DNA of 64,000 nt from a virus (Duplodnaviria > Caudoviricetes), in the IMG/VR virus record IMGVR_UViG_2974625740_000001, positions 19,220-83,219 of that record; one strand, 5' to 3'. A program made the translations under genes and the position numbers. Under the pieces are notes generated by a model. That model did not search any database. It was given only the letters and a program-made list of their open reading frames with translations, and was not told where the DNA came from. Below are positions 17,625 through 27,031 of the stretch, one piece after another; positions within the stretch are counted from its first letter, which is position 1; every line of letters begins with the position of its first letter.

Positions 17625-17982
17625 CGCCCGGGTAACCCCCAGGGGTAACGGCGCAGGGTGTTACCCCCGCCGTTACCCCCCCTGACCTTAGCAACTCCGA
17701 GTAATCACATTTCAGGGGGGTAACACCCGCGAAAGGTGGGGGGTAACGGTCCGAAGAGGGGGTGTCGTTACCCCTACCGTTACCCATGAGCCAACCTTTT
17801 ATTACTGCCGAGTAACCCCCTCTGACCGGCCAGGCTTTTTTCTACAATAATCACACTTTAATAGGGGGGTAACGGGGGTAACACCCCCCGGGGGGTGTGG
17901 CTCAGGGCGTGTGCCGCTCGACTACTCCCCGTTACCGTTCCCCCATACCTGCGCCGCGCACTCCAGCCGCCGTTACCCCCCT
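17625..17982. repeat. origin-like iteron array 1
   Basis: About 13 GGGTAAC/GTTACCC copies in both orientations around an AT-rich core (ttttttctacaataatcacactttaata); directly after the primase/helicase. Confidence 0.75.
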
Positions 17983-17984
17983 GT

Positions 17985-18014
17985 TTGTACCCCCGACAAG
18001 CCCTGTGATATGCT
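17985..18014 (+). promoter_or_regulatory. dyad promoter, class II
   Basis: TTGTAC-N18-TATGCT, TTG-N9-CAA. Confidence 0.6.
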
Positions 18015-18078
18015 ACTGCCGTCCGGTGCTCCACAGAAACGGGTGGTTTGATTGACTACGATGTCTTCGGAGGACACG

Positions 18079-18231
18079 ATGCAACTCGTGCGTCCTCGCT
18101 GGGTTCGGCTGAAGCGGGCTCTCGCCTACTTCGTCGACCACGTTATGCCGCCGATGATCGGCGCGTTTGTCGGCCTGTCCATCGGCACGGCTCTCTGGCT
18201 GCTGGCTCTCCTCTGGTGGCTCAACGCATGA
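18079..18231 (+). CDS. 50-aa membrane protein
   Basis: RBS GGAGG; MQLVRPRW...WLLALLWWLNA; below the ORF-track length cutoff. Confidence 0.6.
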   Translation: MQLVRPRWVRLKRALAYFVDHVMPPMIGAFVGLSIGTALWLLALLWWLNA

Positions 18232-18482
18232 ACCCCTGGGACGATGAGGACATAACCCCGCACGACCTCGACCAGTGCGCCTGCCGCCACTCGCGCGACA
18301 TGCACAACGGCGAGGTCTGTTGGGCCTGTTATGTCATCACGCCGCAGATCCTGGCACCGGCTTACCCCTGGCACGCGTTCCACCTCGTCCGGCCCTGGTT
18401 GACCCCGGTTCAGACGTCGTCGGCCGCTGCCGACTACACACCGCCGCGCGGGTGGGACCGACCCGCTGTCAATCGTCAATAG
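18228..18482 (+). CDS. small Zn-binding hypothetical protein
   Basis: ATGA overlap; CACRH..H...CWAC. Confidence 0.6.
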   Translation: MNPWDDEDITPHDLDQCACRHSRDMHNGEVCWACYVITPQILAPAYPWHAFHLVRPWLTPVQTSSAAADYTPPRGWDRPAVNRQ

Positions 18483-18529
18483 TTGCCGTGGGCGACCCAA
18501 CGGCGGGGGTGGCGGCGTGCCCCCGGTAG

Positions 18530-18559
18530 TTGCGCCCGGGGCAAATCCCGTGTTTTACT
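18530..18559 (+). promoter_or_regulatory. dyad promoter, class I
   Basis: TTGCGC-N18-TTTACT, TTG-N9-CAA. Confidence 0.7.
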
Positions 18560-18619
18560 GGTGGTCCCGCCGGAACCCCGGCGGGTCCTTCAGACCCAGA
18601 TAGGTGGGGTGTTCCCCAA

Positions 18620-20473
18620 ATGATCGACGGAGTCTTCGAGCAGATGATGGAGTCGATGGGCCTTCCGCCCCGACCCCAGCAGCTCAAGTTGGTCGACTCG
18701 ATCCGTCAGGTTCTCCAGGTCGGCTCCGGCGTGAAGTTCGGCCAGTACGGCACGGGTACCGGTAAGTCCTTCGTGATCCTGCCGACCGCCCTGGAGGCCG
18801 CCCGGCAGACCGGCAAGCCCTCGCTGGTCGTCTGCCCCAACAACAGCCTGATCGACCAGTACGTCCTCAAGGACGCCCCCAAGGTCCGCGAGGCCGTGGG
18901 CGGCAAGATCGTGCACCTCAAGGGCCGGTCGAACTACGTCTGCGCCAACTCCAAGGCCCTCAGCGAACGAGGCGAGCGGCTCGCCCGTCAGCAGTTCGTC
19001 GAGCTGACCAAAGATGGCAACTTCGAGTGGGCCCAGCTCGGCCTCGACAACCTGTACGGGTGCCCCGGTTCTGGCGACTGCGACGCGAACAGCGCGTGGG
19101 TTCGTGACGACCACTGCCCGACCCACTCCGGCCACGCGTCCACCTGCGAGGACGTCCACAGCACGCCCCCGTGGAAGTGCCCGTGCAAGGGCCCGAACCC
19201 GGGTTGCTCGTGCCGCTTCTACTGCGGTGCGATCATGGCCAAGCGGATGGCGGAGACGGCCGACGTGATCATCACGAACGGGCACGTCCTGACGTACAAC
19301 TACCTCGTCGACGCGTGGTCGGGCGGCGTGGTCCAGCTCCTGCCCCAGATCGGCGCGCTGTTCGTCGACGAGTGCCACGAGCTGGAGGCCATCGCCCGTG
19401 GCTGCCAGTCCGACGAGATCAAGCCGGGCAGCAAGGTGTACGACTACATCGATGGCCTGCGCGAGTGGGTCGACGCCAAGACCCTGGAGATGGTCGAGAC
19501 CAACCAGACCGAGGGCCTGCTGGCGCGCGACGACACGGTCATGAAGATGGCCACTGACGCCAAGGCTCTGGCCCAGGACCTGGAGGACCGCGCGGACGCG
19601 GTCGGCCAGGACCCCGACCTTGCCAAGCAGTACCGCAAGGAGGCCAAGCAGCTGATGCGCTTCGTGGACTTCGTCGAGGAGTCCGAGGAGCACATCTCGA
19701 CCATCGAGCTGCAGCCGGTCGGCCCGTACGACGACCCGGTTTCGCACCTCAAGCGCATCTGCGTCGACACCGCCCTGGTGTACCGCGACATCCTGACCGA
19801 GCAGCCCTCGTTCCTGGTGTCCGGCACGATCCCGCAGACCGACCCGCGCCGTCTGGGCGTCGGCGACTTCGGCCGGATCGAGGTGGGCGGCCACCCCTTC
19901 GACTACTCGAAGTCCCGGCTCGTCATCAGCCAGCACAGCCCCAAGGTCCCGACCTCGCTGGGCGAGCGCGCCAAGCAGGTAGCGGCGGCCATCAACGCCA
20001 AGGGCGGTGGTGCGCTGATCCTGTTCACCTCGTGGAAGGACGTCGACAGCGTCCTGCCGCTGATCGTCCAGCACCTCAAGCCGGAGATCGCGGCCGAGGT
20101 CTACGTGCAGGACAAGCACGACAAGGCGTCGCTGAAGCAGGACATCGAGGACTTCAAGGCGCACGGCTCGGCGGTGCTGGCGGGGGTGGCGTCGCTCTGG
20201 ACCGGCCTCGACATCCCGGGTCCGGCCCTCCGCACCGTGATCGTCTGGAAGCTGCCCTACGGGGTGCCGACCCTGGAGTCGAAGGCGATCGAGCGCAAGC
20301 ACGGGCGCGAGGTCTACTGGGATTCGATGCTGTGCCGTCTGGTCCAGGGCATCGGTCGGCTCGTCCGCACCACGGAGGACGCCGGAACGGTCTTCATCTG
20401 CGACTCGCGCGCCAAGTCGCAGAAGTGGGGAAACAACCCCATGACGCGCCACCTCAACGAGTTCAGCAAGTAA
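18620..20473 (+). CDS. DinG/XPD-family SF2 helicase
   Basis: PRPQQ Q-motif, GTGTGKS, LKGRSNYVC, VDECHEL, ILFTSW, WTGLDIPG, QGIGRLVR. Confidence 0.9.
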   Translation: MIDGVFEQMMESMGLPPRPQQLKLVDSIRQVLQVGSGVKFGQYGTGTGKSFVILPTALEAARQTGKPSLVVCPNNSLIDQYVLKDAPKVREAVGGKIVHLKGRSNYVCANSKALSERGERLARQQFVELTKDGNFEWAQLGLDNLYGCPGSGDCDANSAWVRDDHCPTHSGHASTCEDVHSTPPWKCPCKGPNPGCSCRFYCGAIMAKRMAETADVIITNGHVLTYNYLVDAWSGGVVQLLPQIGALFVDECHELEAIARGCQSDEIKPGSKVYDYIDGLREWVDAKTLEMVETNQTEGLLARDDTVMKMATDAKALAQDLEDRADAVGQDPDLAKQYRKEAKQLMRFVDFVEESEEHISTIELQPVGPYDDPVSHLKRICVDTALVYRDILTEQPSFLVSGTIPQTDPRRLGVGDFGRIEVGGHPFDYSKSRLVISQHSPKVPTSLGERAKQVAAAINAKGGGALILFTSWKDVDSVLPLIVQHLKPEIAAEVYVQDKHDKASLKQDIEDFKAHGSAVLAGVASLWTGLDIPGPALRTVIVWKLPYGVPTLESKAIERKHGREVYWDSMLCRLVQGIGRLVRTTEDAGTVFICDSRAKSQKWGNNPMTRHLNEFSK

Positions 20474-20528
20474 CCGACCGGGCCCGGGTGCGAACGCGCA
20501 CCCGGGCCCCCGCGTGTGGAGGCACGAC

Positions 20529-20738
20529 GTGAGTTTGATCAACGTGTGGGACGACGCCCAGGACGGTTCGTCCGGCGACGAGGACGAGGTGCGTGTGCGC
20601 AACGTCCACAAGAAGGACGGCTCTCACCAGTCGTTCGAGACCGATAGCGAGATGCTGGCCGCCGTCCAGCACATCCTCAAGGTCATCGACGACGCCGACA
20701 ACGGCGACGTTATCGTGATCACGAAGGATGTGTGGTGA
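20529..20738 (+). CDS. hypothetical protein
   Basis: Phage-like codon usage; overlaps the next gene. Confidence 0.55.
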   Translation: MSLINVWDDAQDGSSGDEDEVRVRNVHKKDGSHQSFETDSEMLAAVQHILKVIDDADNGDVIVITKDVW

Positions 20739-21418
20739 CCGTGGGCGACAAGCGCGACCCGAAGCGGGACCAGCCGCTACCCGAGAAGGGCGAACTCAAC
20801 GTACAGGAGATCCTGTCGAAGGTCGTCATCGAGCGGATGCGATACGGCATCGAGAAATACGGCTCGCCGCTGGAGACGTTCAACGGGCGCGACCCGATCC
20901 GCGACGTCTGGGAAGAGCTGATCGACGCGCTCGTGTACATGACCCAGGTCCGACTCGAACGGGGCGATCGGCTGCCCGGCATGGAGCCGACCGACCGCGT
21001 ACGCACCACTGACCTGACGCTCCCGGTCGTGCGCTGCAACACGTGCGGTGGCGTTCGTTCCAAGTCGGCGTACGACGCGGCCGACGCCCTCGAACGTCAG
21101 GTCTGGATCTTGCAGGCCCTGCGCAAGCTGGCCAACGACTCGGTCACTGGCTCCATCCGGGTCAACGTCATCGAGCAGGTTCTGGACGGCGAGATCTCGC
21201 TGGCGTTCCACCCGCTCCGCGAGAACGCCGACGGACCGACGCCGATCCCCGAGGGGCACCCGGCGTACAGCCTGGTTCAGGACCTGATCGAGGGTGACGG
21301 CCCCACTCAAGACGCTGCCCGCGAGAAGCTGGCCAAGATCTGGCCGACCAACGTGTCTCAACACGGCGAGGACCTGTCGGCCGCGTACTCGCCGCAGGAA
21401 CCGCCGGACCAGGACTAA
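20732..21418 (+). CDS. MazG/dimeric-dUTPase-fold nucleotide pyrophosphohydrolase-like protein
   Basis: R..YGIEKYG..L.TFNGRD..RDVWEELIDALVY all-alpha motif; CNTC knuckle. Confidence 0.55.
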   Translation: MVTVGDKRDPKRDQPLPEKGELNVQEILSKVVIERMRYGIEKYGSPLETFNGRDPIRDVWEELIDALVYMTQVRLERGDRLPGMEPTDRVRTTDLTLPVVRCNTCGGVRSKSAYDAADALERQVWILQALRKLANDSVTGSIRVNVIEQVLDGEISLAFHPLRENADGPTPIPEGHPAYSLVQDLIEGDGPTQDAAREKLAKIWPTNVSQHGEDLSAAYSPQEPPDQD

Positions 21419-21497
21419 ACGGCGGGTAATTGCCCGTGCTACAATCACCGGAGGTCGGCCCACTGGGGGTCGGCCTCTCGGCTTATGCGGGGTCATC

Positions 21498-21863
21498 ATG
21501 CGGCGTACCGTCTCCGGGGTCTTCGTGGCCCTTCTCTTGGCCTCCGGCTGCTCCGGCGGGGGTGAGGACCAGCCCGCCAGCGAGAGGCCCGGGAAGACGT
21601 CCTCTCTGGACTTCGCAGGCAAGTCCGCATGCAACGAGTTCGCCCGGTGGCTCGCTGGCGATGAGGACCCCACCACCCGCGCTGACGTCGCCGCCCGGGT
21701 TGACGACCTGGCGCGTGACTCGAAGTCCGGTGCCCTCGCCGACAAGTCCGAGCTTTTGCGCAAAGCAGACGTCATCAACTCCAACGAGAACTGGGCATTG
21801 GCCGCCGACGCGTTCGCCTACGAGTGCGACGTATTGGGCTGGACCCCGGCCGACGCCCAGTAA
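21498..21863 (+). CDS. lipoprotein
   Basis: MRRTVSGVFVALLLASG-C lipobox. Confidence 0.7.
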   Translation: MRRTVSGVFVALLLASGCSGGGEDQPASERPGKTSSLDFAGKSACNEFARWLAGDEDPTTRADVAARVDDLARDSKSGALADKSELLRKADVINSNENWALAADAFAYECDVLGWTPADAQ

Positions 21864-21941
21864 TACCCGCCACCGCCGCTGGCGTGGTACCATCGACCCA
21901 GGTTCCTACACCCGCAGGACACGAGACAGGACGGTATTAAC

Positions 21942-22226
21942 ATGATGGACGCGCCGATGGGCGGTGGCGGTGGGCTTTCGAGCCTCGATGCCGACTTCCT
22001 CGACGGGATGCTCGCCCTTTCGCAGCAGGTCAGCGCTCTGTGTACCACGTACATCAAGGACTCCGACGCGTCCAGCTCGATGGGCGTGGTGGACATGGCC
22101 CGGGGCACGCTGGAGCAGACCAACTACATGACCGAGGCCCTCAAGTCGATGCGCGGTCACGCGGACGGCGACGAGCTGCGCAACGCGGAGCACGTGGAGA
22201 ACGTCGAGGTCGTCGCCGCGTACTGA
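21942..22226 (+). CDS. hypothetical protein
   Basis: ORF followed by a strong hairpin. Confidence 0.55.
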   Translation: MMDAPMGGGGGLSSLDADFLDGMLALSQQVSALCTTYIKDSDASSSMGVVDMARGTLEQTNYMTEALKSMRGHADGDELRNAEHVENVEVVAAY

Positions 22227-22240
22227 CCCGCCACCCCCGC

Positions 22241-22279
22241 CGACGCCCCCTCTGTTGAAACTTGACAGAGGGGGCGTCG
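22241..22279 (+). terminator. stem-loop terminator
   Basis: 15-bp stem cgacgccccctctgt / acagagggggcgtcg. Confidence 0.7.
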
Positions 22280-22285
22280 CTGTGC

Positions 22286-22315
22286 TTGCGCCGCGCGCAA
22301 CTACCATGCTAGGAT
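22286..22315 (+). promoter_or_regulatory. dyad promoter, class II (polymerase operon)
   Basis: TTGCGC-N18-TAGGAT, TTG-N9-CAA. Confidence 0.75.
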
Positions 22316-22374
22316 GGTGGCACACCACGCCGGGCCGTTAGTCCCCGGCGGAAGACGAGAATAAGGAGGGCCCC

Positions 22375-23307
22375 GTGGGCAAGCTGGATCAGCTGCTCGA
22401 CCAGGGCGACATCTGGGTTGACAAGAACGAGGTCATCCACCAGATCGAAGCGATGGACGGCCGGTACGCGCTCAACGTGTACAACTGGCTGAAGTCCCGC
22501 GCGATGCAGATCGGCTTTCACTACGCCCTCAACCTCGCGGGCATGCGCCTGCCGGACGAGGACACCGTGGCTTACCTGCACGTCACCGACGCCATCGAGC
22601 GTGAGCAGGAGCGCATCAGCAACGACCCGGAAGGGTGGATCAAGGACAAGCCGCTGATGCGCGCACTCATCGCGCGAGTGGCGGTCGACCGGATCACCCG
22701 TGACCAGGCTGGCTACATCCCGCCGACCTCGCCGCTCCCGGCCAAGTTCACCAAGTACGAGGCCAAGCCGTTCGAGCAGCAGCACGTGCGCGACCTCGAC
22801 ACCGAGCGGTTCGGCCAGCGACCGGGAGACGAGACCCGGGTCTTCCTGGTCATCGAACCGGGCGGGTATGACGACAAAGACACCATCCTCGCGTGCTTCG
22901 TCGGCAACCGGCTGGCCGCGTACCGGTTCGAGGTCGAGGCCGAGCTGTACGGCGGGTACGCCGAGGTCATCGAGCTGGACGACAACCACGCAGGCAAGAC
23001 CGAGGGCATGTACGGTCAGATCCGGCGGTACCGCGACCCGTGGACCGAGGTGGAGTACCGCACCCTGGTCAACCTGGAAAACGCGGCGATCATTCGCGAT
23101 GACGACGTCGTGACCCGCGTCCGCAACGACATCGACCCGACTATGGGCACGACCAAGGAGGCGGACGGCCTGCGCGGTCGGTATAACGTCTGGGTCAAGA
23201 CCACCGGCCCGGACCTCGACATCGACGCCGTCCGCAGCTACCACAGCAACGCCGTGAACACCATCCGGGCCAACGTGCTCGCCGACCTCACGAAGGATAT
23301 GCCGTGA
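22375..23307 (+). CDS. hypothetical protein
   Basis: RBS AAGGAGG; phage-like codon usage. Confidence 0.75.
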   Translation: MGKLDQLLDQGDIWVDKNEVIHQIEAMDGRYALNVYNWLKSRAMQIGFHYALNLAGMRLPDEDTVAYLHVTDAIEREQERISNDPEGWIKDKPLMRALIARVAVDRITRDQAGYIPPTSPLPAKFTKYEAKPFEQQHVRDLDTERFGQRPGDETRVFLVIEPGGYDDKDTILACFVGNRLAAYRFEVEAELYGGYAEVIELDDNHAGKTEGMYGQIRRYRDPWTEVEYRTLVNLENAAIIRDDDVVTRVRNDIDPTMGTTKEADGLRGRYNVWVKTTGPDLDIDAVRSYHSNAVNTIRANVLADLTKDMP

Positions 23308-25694
23308 TTCCTGCTCAGCACCCCGAGCTGAAGATCCCCGAGGGCTGGAACGCGACCCAGGTCGGAAACGACCTACTGCCCGACCTTCCGCCCGGGTGGC
23401 CGGTCGCGTGGGACACCGAGGGCTCCGGCCTGGCCGTGGACGGCGAGCCGTTCGTCACGGCCGGTCGGCCCGCGCACCCCGAGGCCCGCATCAGTGCGGT
23501 CTCCGTGTCCTTCCGCTGGCCCAACCCGGACGGTACCCCGGGCGAGATCGTCGACTTCGCGTGGCCGTTCGATCAGGGCCCCGTGCTGGGCAAGCCGGGT
23601 CACCCTCAGAAGGACCCCGTCACCGGTATCGTCACCTTCAAGCCGATCGACGAGGCCGACCAGGCGAAGATCCTGGCCCAGCACTCGAAGTCGCTCGGGT
23701 ACACCGTGACGCCCGAGATGGCCATGCCCAACCTGCACCCGGACGAGTACGGCGTGCTGGTGATGTGGCTCGACTTCCGGGACAACCTCGCCGCGCACAA
23801 CAGCGTTCACGACATGCACCAGGAGCGGGTCGGCCTGCGCGCCGACGCTGGCGGGTTCGGCGGACCCGAGGGCCTGTGGGCCTGGGACCCGGACACCGAA
23901 CCCGGCTCGCTGGCCAAGTCGATCATGGACGGCAGCACGCCCAAGCTCCACATGATGGAGCCGACCCGGGTACCGCTGTCGTTCTCGAAGTCGCGCCGGA
24001 ACATCTGGTGCACCATGGTCGTGCAGAAGCAGGTCGTCGACCCGCTCCAGCCCGCTGCTCTCAAGCCGACTGCGCGTCGGCTGTGGGGTGACGACTCGAC
24101 CGACGAAGAGACCGCGCTGGCGGAGGAGCTGAAGCGCCAGGGGGTCGGCCTCACCAAGCGGTACGACCTGCTGCCTTGGTGCGGTGCGGTCGGCGTCTAC
24201 GCGGCCAAGGACACCAACCTGTGCTACCGGCTCTGGGAGTACCAGGAGAACGTCGGCGAAGAGGGCCTGATCCCGAAGTATTGGGAGCTGGTCAACACCG
24301 AGATGGAGCTTCGCACGACCCTGTACCGGATGGAACGGCGCGGGGTGGCGTACAACGCCGAGGAGTCGTTCGCCGAGGGCAAGCGCGTCCGGGCGATCAA
24401 CGCGGAGAAGGCCCGCGAGCTGCCGTTCAACCCCTCCAAGCGACTGGAGGCCGCACGGTTCTACTTCGGCCCCGTCTGCCTGAACGAGATCAACCGCACC
24501 CGACGGAACGTCAAGCCGCAAGAGACCGTGTGGTCGGCGTTCTTCTGCGCCAAGTCGTGCACCGAGTGTGAGGGCAAGAACGGCCTGGGCCTGGAGCCGA
24601 CCGAGCGCACGCCGACCGGACAGCCCAAGCTCGACATCCCGGAGAAGATCCGGCTGGACGAGGCAGGCCACCCGTTCGCGGCCGAGCTGATGGCGTGGAC
24701 CAAGCGCCGTGACGCTGACTCGAAGTGGTACACCGGATGGGCCGCGCGGGTCGGCCGTGACGGTCGCATCCGGACCTCGTTCAAGCAGTGCAAGAACGAC
24801 AAGGAGCGCGCCGGAGCGGCCGAGGGCGGCACCAAGTCCGGCCGTCTCGCGGTCGGCCGCTGGCAGTGCCAGGCGATCCCGCACATCGAGTTGGTGCCCA
24901 AGGACGCCAAGCCGGTGCGGCCGATGATTGGCCAGGTCCCGCCGGGCACCATGGTCACCCGCTGGGACGGCACCAAGGAGCCCACCCCGGTTCGCCGCAT
25001 CCAGTTCGAGCACGACCTGTCGGCTGGTGAGGTCCGAGTGGTCACCGTGATCAGCGGTTCCACCAAGTTCTGGGACGCCCTCGACGCGGGCATGGACATG
25101 CACGCCCTCAACGCCAAGTCGCTGTTCGGCGTCGACGAGTCCCACCCCCAGTTCAAGTACCTGCGGTCGGCCGCCAAGCGCGGTACCTTCGGCATCATCT
25201 ACCTGGGTGGCGTGAAGGCCATCCAGACCCAGATGGAAGCCGCGTCCGGCATGAAGATGAAGACCACCGACGTCCAGAAGGCCAAAGACAACTTCTGGGC
25301 CGAGAACCCCGAGATCAAGGCGTTCAGCGACCGGGCCGTGCAGCGGGTCACCCGGTGGATGGGCGGACCTGGCTACCTCAAGATGCTGGACGGGTGGCGT
25401 CGCTGGTACGCGGTCGACGAGAAGACCGTCAGCGCGCCGAACCAGGTCATCCAGGGCAACCTCGCCCGAGCCATGATCTACTGGATGACGGCGGTCGAGC
25501 GCGAGGTCCCGGGGTGCCTTCTCCTCCAGGTGCACGACTCCCTCGTGACCGAGCACGACGACACGCCCGAGGGTCACGCCGAGGCCAAGCTGGTGAGCGA
25601 GATCGGTCAGCGCGTCTTCCAAGAGTACTTCAACGTGCGAGGCCGCGTGATGGACTTCGGCATCGCTCCCGACCGATGGGACGAGAAGGCATGA
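23304..25694 (+). CDS. family A DNA polymerase with 3'-5' exonuclease (candidate DpoZ)
   Basis: WDTEGSGL, AHNSVHD, YAAKDT (exo I-III); TKSGRL; HDLSAGEVR (motif A); RSAAKRGTFGIIY (motif B); QVHDSLV (motif C). Confidence 0.9.
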   Translation: MIPAQHPELKIPEGWNATQVGNDLLPDLPPGWPVAWDTEGSGLAVDGEPFVTAGRPAHPEARISAVSVSFRWPNPDGTPGEIVDFAWPFDQGPVLGKPGHPQKDPVTGIVTFKPIDEADQAKILAQHSKSLGYTVTPEMAMPNLHPDEYGVLVMWLDFRDNLAAHNSVHDMHQERVGLRADAGGFGGPEGLWAWDPDTEPGSLAKSIMDGSTPKLHMMEPTRVPLSFSKSRRNIWCTMVVQKQVVDPLQPAALKPTARRLWGDDSTDEETALAEELKRQGVGLTKRYDLLPWCGAVGVYAAKDTNLCYRLWEYQENVGEEGLIPKYWELVNTEMELRTTLYRMERRGVAYNAEESFAEGKRVRAINAEKARELPFNPSKRLEAARFYFGPVCLNEINRTRRNVKPQETVWSAFFCAKSCTECEGKNGLGLEPTERTPTGQPKLDIPEKIRLDEAGHPFAAELMAWTKRRDADSKWYTGWAARVGRDGRIRTSFKQCKNDKERAGAAEGGTKSGRLAVGRWQCQAIPHIELVPKDAKPVRPMIGQVPPGTMVTRWDGTKEPTPVRRIQFEHDLSAGEVRVVTVISGSTKFWDALDAGMDMHALNAKSLFGVDESHPQFKYLRSAAKRGTFGIIYLGGVKAIQTQMEAASGMKMKTTDVQKAKDNFWAENPEIKAFSDRAVQRVTRWMGGPGYLKMLDGWRRWYAVDEKTVSAPNQVIQGNLARAMIYWMTAVEREVPGCLLLQVHDSLVTEHDDTPEGHAEAKLVSEIGQRVFQEYFNVRGRVMDFGIAPDRWDEKA

Positions 25695-25933
25695 GACACC
25701 CCGACATGCTCCCGATGACCGACGGCGAACGTCGCGCCGACCTGGCTCGTCTGTTCCGGATCGTCATCCCGGAGACGCGCGAGGTCGCGCGCACGGCCCT
25801 TGCCAACATGCTGGAGATGGGCACGCTTCGGCAGTCGTCGGCAACCCGGCTCTTCCAGGACCTGTGGCAGGACCCGGCCGACTACTTCAGCAACATCCGC
25901 GAGACTTGGCGCGCACGCGCCGAGGGCAACTAA
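25691..25933 (+). CDS. hypothetical protein
   Basis: ATGA overlap with the polymerase gene. Confidence 0.6.
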   Translation: MRHPDMLPMTDGERRADLARLFRIVIPETREVARTALANMLEMGTLRQSSATRLFQDLWQDPADYFSNIRETWRARAEGN

Positions 25934-25940
25934 ACACCAC

Positions 25941-25970
25941 TTGCCTGCTGGGCACACCTCGGGGTACCAT
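25941..25970 (+). promoter_or_regulatory. promoter, class II (partial dyad)
   Basis: TTGCCT-N18-TACCAT. Confidence 0.5.
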
Positions 25971-26029
25971 GGGGGCGGTGGCGGTACAGGCCGCCACCGC
26001 CCCCCGCGCATCCTTGAGAGTGAGTCAAA

Positions 26030-26272
26030 GTGAGTCGTCTGTTCAGTCTCCCGGAGTGCCTCGAAACCAAGGTCAAGATCAACGTCTGCGCAGAGCATCG
26101 GCACCATTGCGTGCAATGCGGAGCGCCGTCTTCGGCCGGTGGGCACTTCGTGGGTGGGTCACGTCCGGACGCCCGGACGATCTGTGACCCGACTGACCGA
26201 GCCGCTTACGTGGCCCTGATCAAGGACACCGCCAGCCCTGGTCGACGTTACAGGGAAGAAGGAGGTGTTTGA
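26030..26272 (+). CDS. small Cys/His hypothetical protein
   Basis: CAEH..HCVQC. Confidence 0.5.
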   Translation: MSRLFSLPECLETKVKINVCAEHRHHCVQCGAPSSAGGHFVGGSRPDARTICDPTDRAAYVALIKDTASPGRRYREEGGV

Positions 26273-26274
26273 CC

Positions 26275-26469
26275 ATGGCACAGCAGGACGAGATCAACCG
26301 CAAGTTCGAAGAGATGATGACTGCGTTGGGCTACGTGCCTTCGATCGCCCGTACGCTGGCGGGTTACCTGTGGGCAGCCCCCGGTCAGCACCGTGCGAAC
26401 GAGCAGGCCGTCGACTACGCTCTCAGTCAGTTGTGGGTCAAGAACCCCAAGAAGGGCTCCGTCACATGA
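26275..26469 (+). CDS. hypothetical protein
   Basis: RBS AAGGAGG. Confidence 0.6.
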   Translation: MAQQDEINRKFEEMMTALGYVPSIARTLAGYLWAAPGQHRANEQAVDYALSQLWVKNPKKGSVT

Positions 26470-26873
26470 AGCGTAACCAGACCCTGCGAACCCCGTGGAG
26501 TGCCTCGGGTTCTCAGTTGCTGCATTACCCCGACCGCAATTTGCATCCCGACATGCAGTGGCGGGAGAACACGGTGTTCGCGCTCAAGCTCAAGATGCTG
26601 GGCACCGAGCGCGGTCGGTCGGCCGCGTACTTCCGGTGGGAGGTCCAAGAGGGGGACCTTCCCAAGGGCACGCTGCTGCCGATGTTCATCACCGACGTCG
26701 GGCACGTCATCATGCAGGGCCTTCCTCGACCCGGCGGGGTGATCGAGGGCGAGTTCTTCGTGGTGAAGCGCGGGCAGAACTACGGGATCACGCCACAGGC
26801 CCCAGCGGAGGACGTGGCCCCCCGGGGCCAGGAGCAGCCCACGGAGACCACCGGAGCCCCGGCCAGCTCCTGA
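26466..26873 (+). CDS. hypothetical protein
   Basis: ATGA overlap; MKRNQTLRTPW...VKRGQNYG. Confidence 0.65.
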   Translation: MKRNQTLRTPWSASGSQLLHYPDRNLHPDMQWRENTVFALKLKMLGTERGRSAAYFRWEVQEGDLPKGTLLPMFITDVGHVIMQGLPRPGGVIEGEFFVVKRGQNYGITPQAPAEDVAPRGQEQPTETTGAPASS

Positions 26874-26969
26874 GCCCCCCGGGCCTCGCGAGAGGCTGCC
26901 GGAGACCCCACAGAAGCCCTCGGGCCCACCAACACGGTGACCCGGGGGCTTCGCCATGTCGACTACCAG

Positions 26970-26999
26970 TTGCCCCGGCCGCAAACCCCGTGATACCCT
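26970..26999 (+). promoter_or_regulatory. dyad promoter, class II
   Basis: TTGCCC-N18-TACCCT, TTG-N9-CAA. Confidence 0.6.
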
Positions 27000-27031
27000 A
27001 GTATTTTCAGGGCACGGAGGACGGAGGACCT

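Noticed and set aside
17625-17982. CRISPR array (also 60598-60962)
   Set aside because: The repeats are 7-9 bp, in both orientations and irregularly spaced, which fits iterons rather than CRISPR repeats.
18620-20473. Type IV CRISPR-associated CasDinG
   Set aside because: No cas5/6/7/csf genes and no repeat-spacer array in the window.
14960-25622. Long minus-strand ORFs (14960-17170, 18590-20611, 23373-25622)
   Set aside because: Antisense shadows of real genes, caused by stop-codon scarcity at high GC3; no RBS or promoter, and low-information translations.
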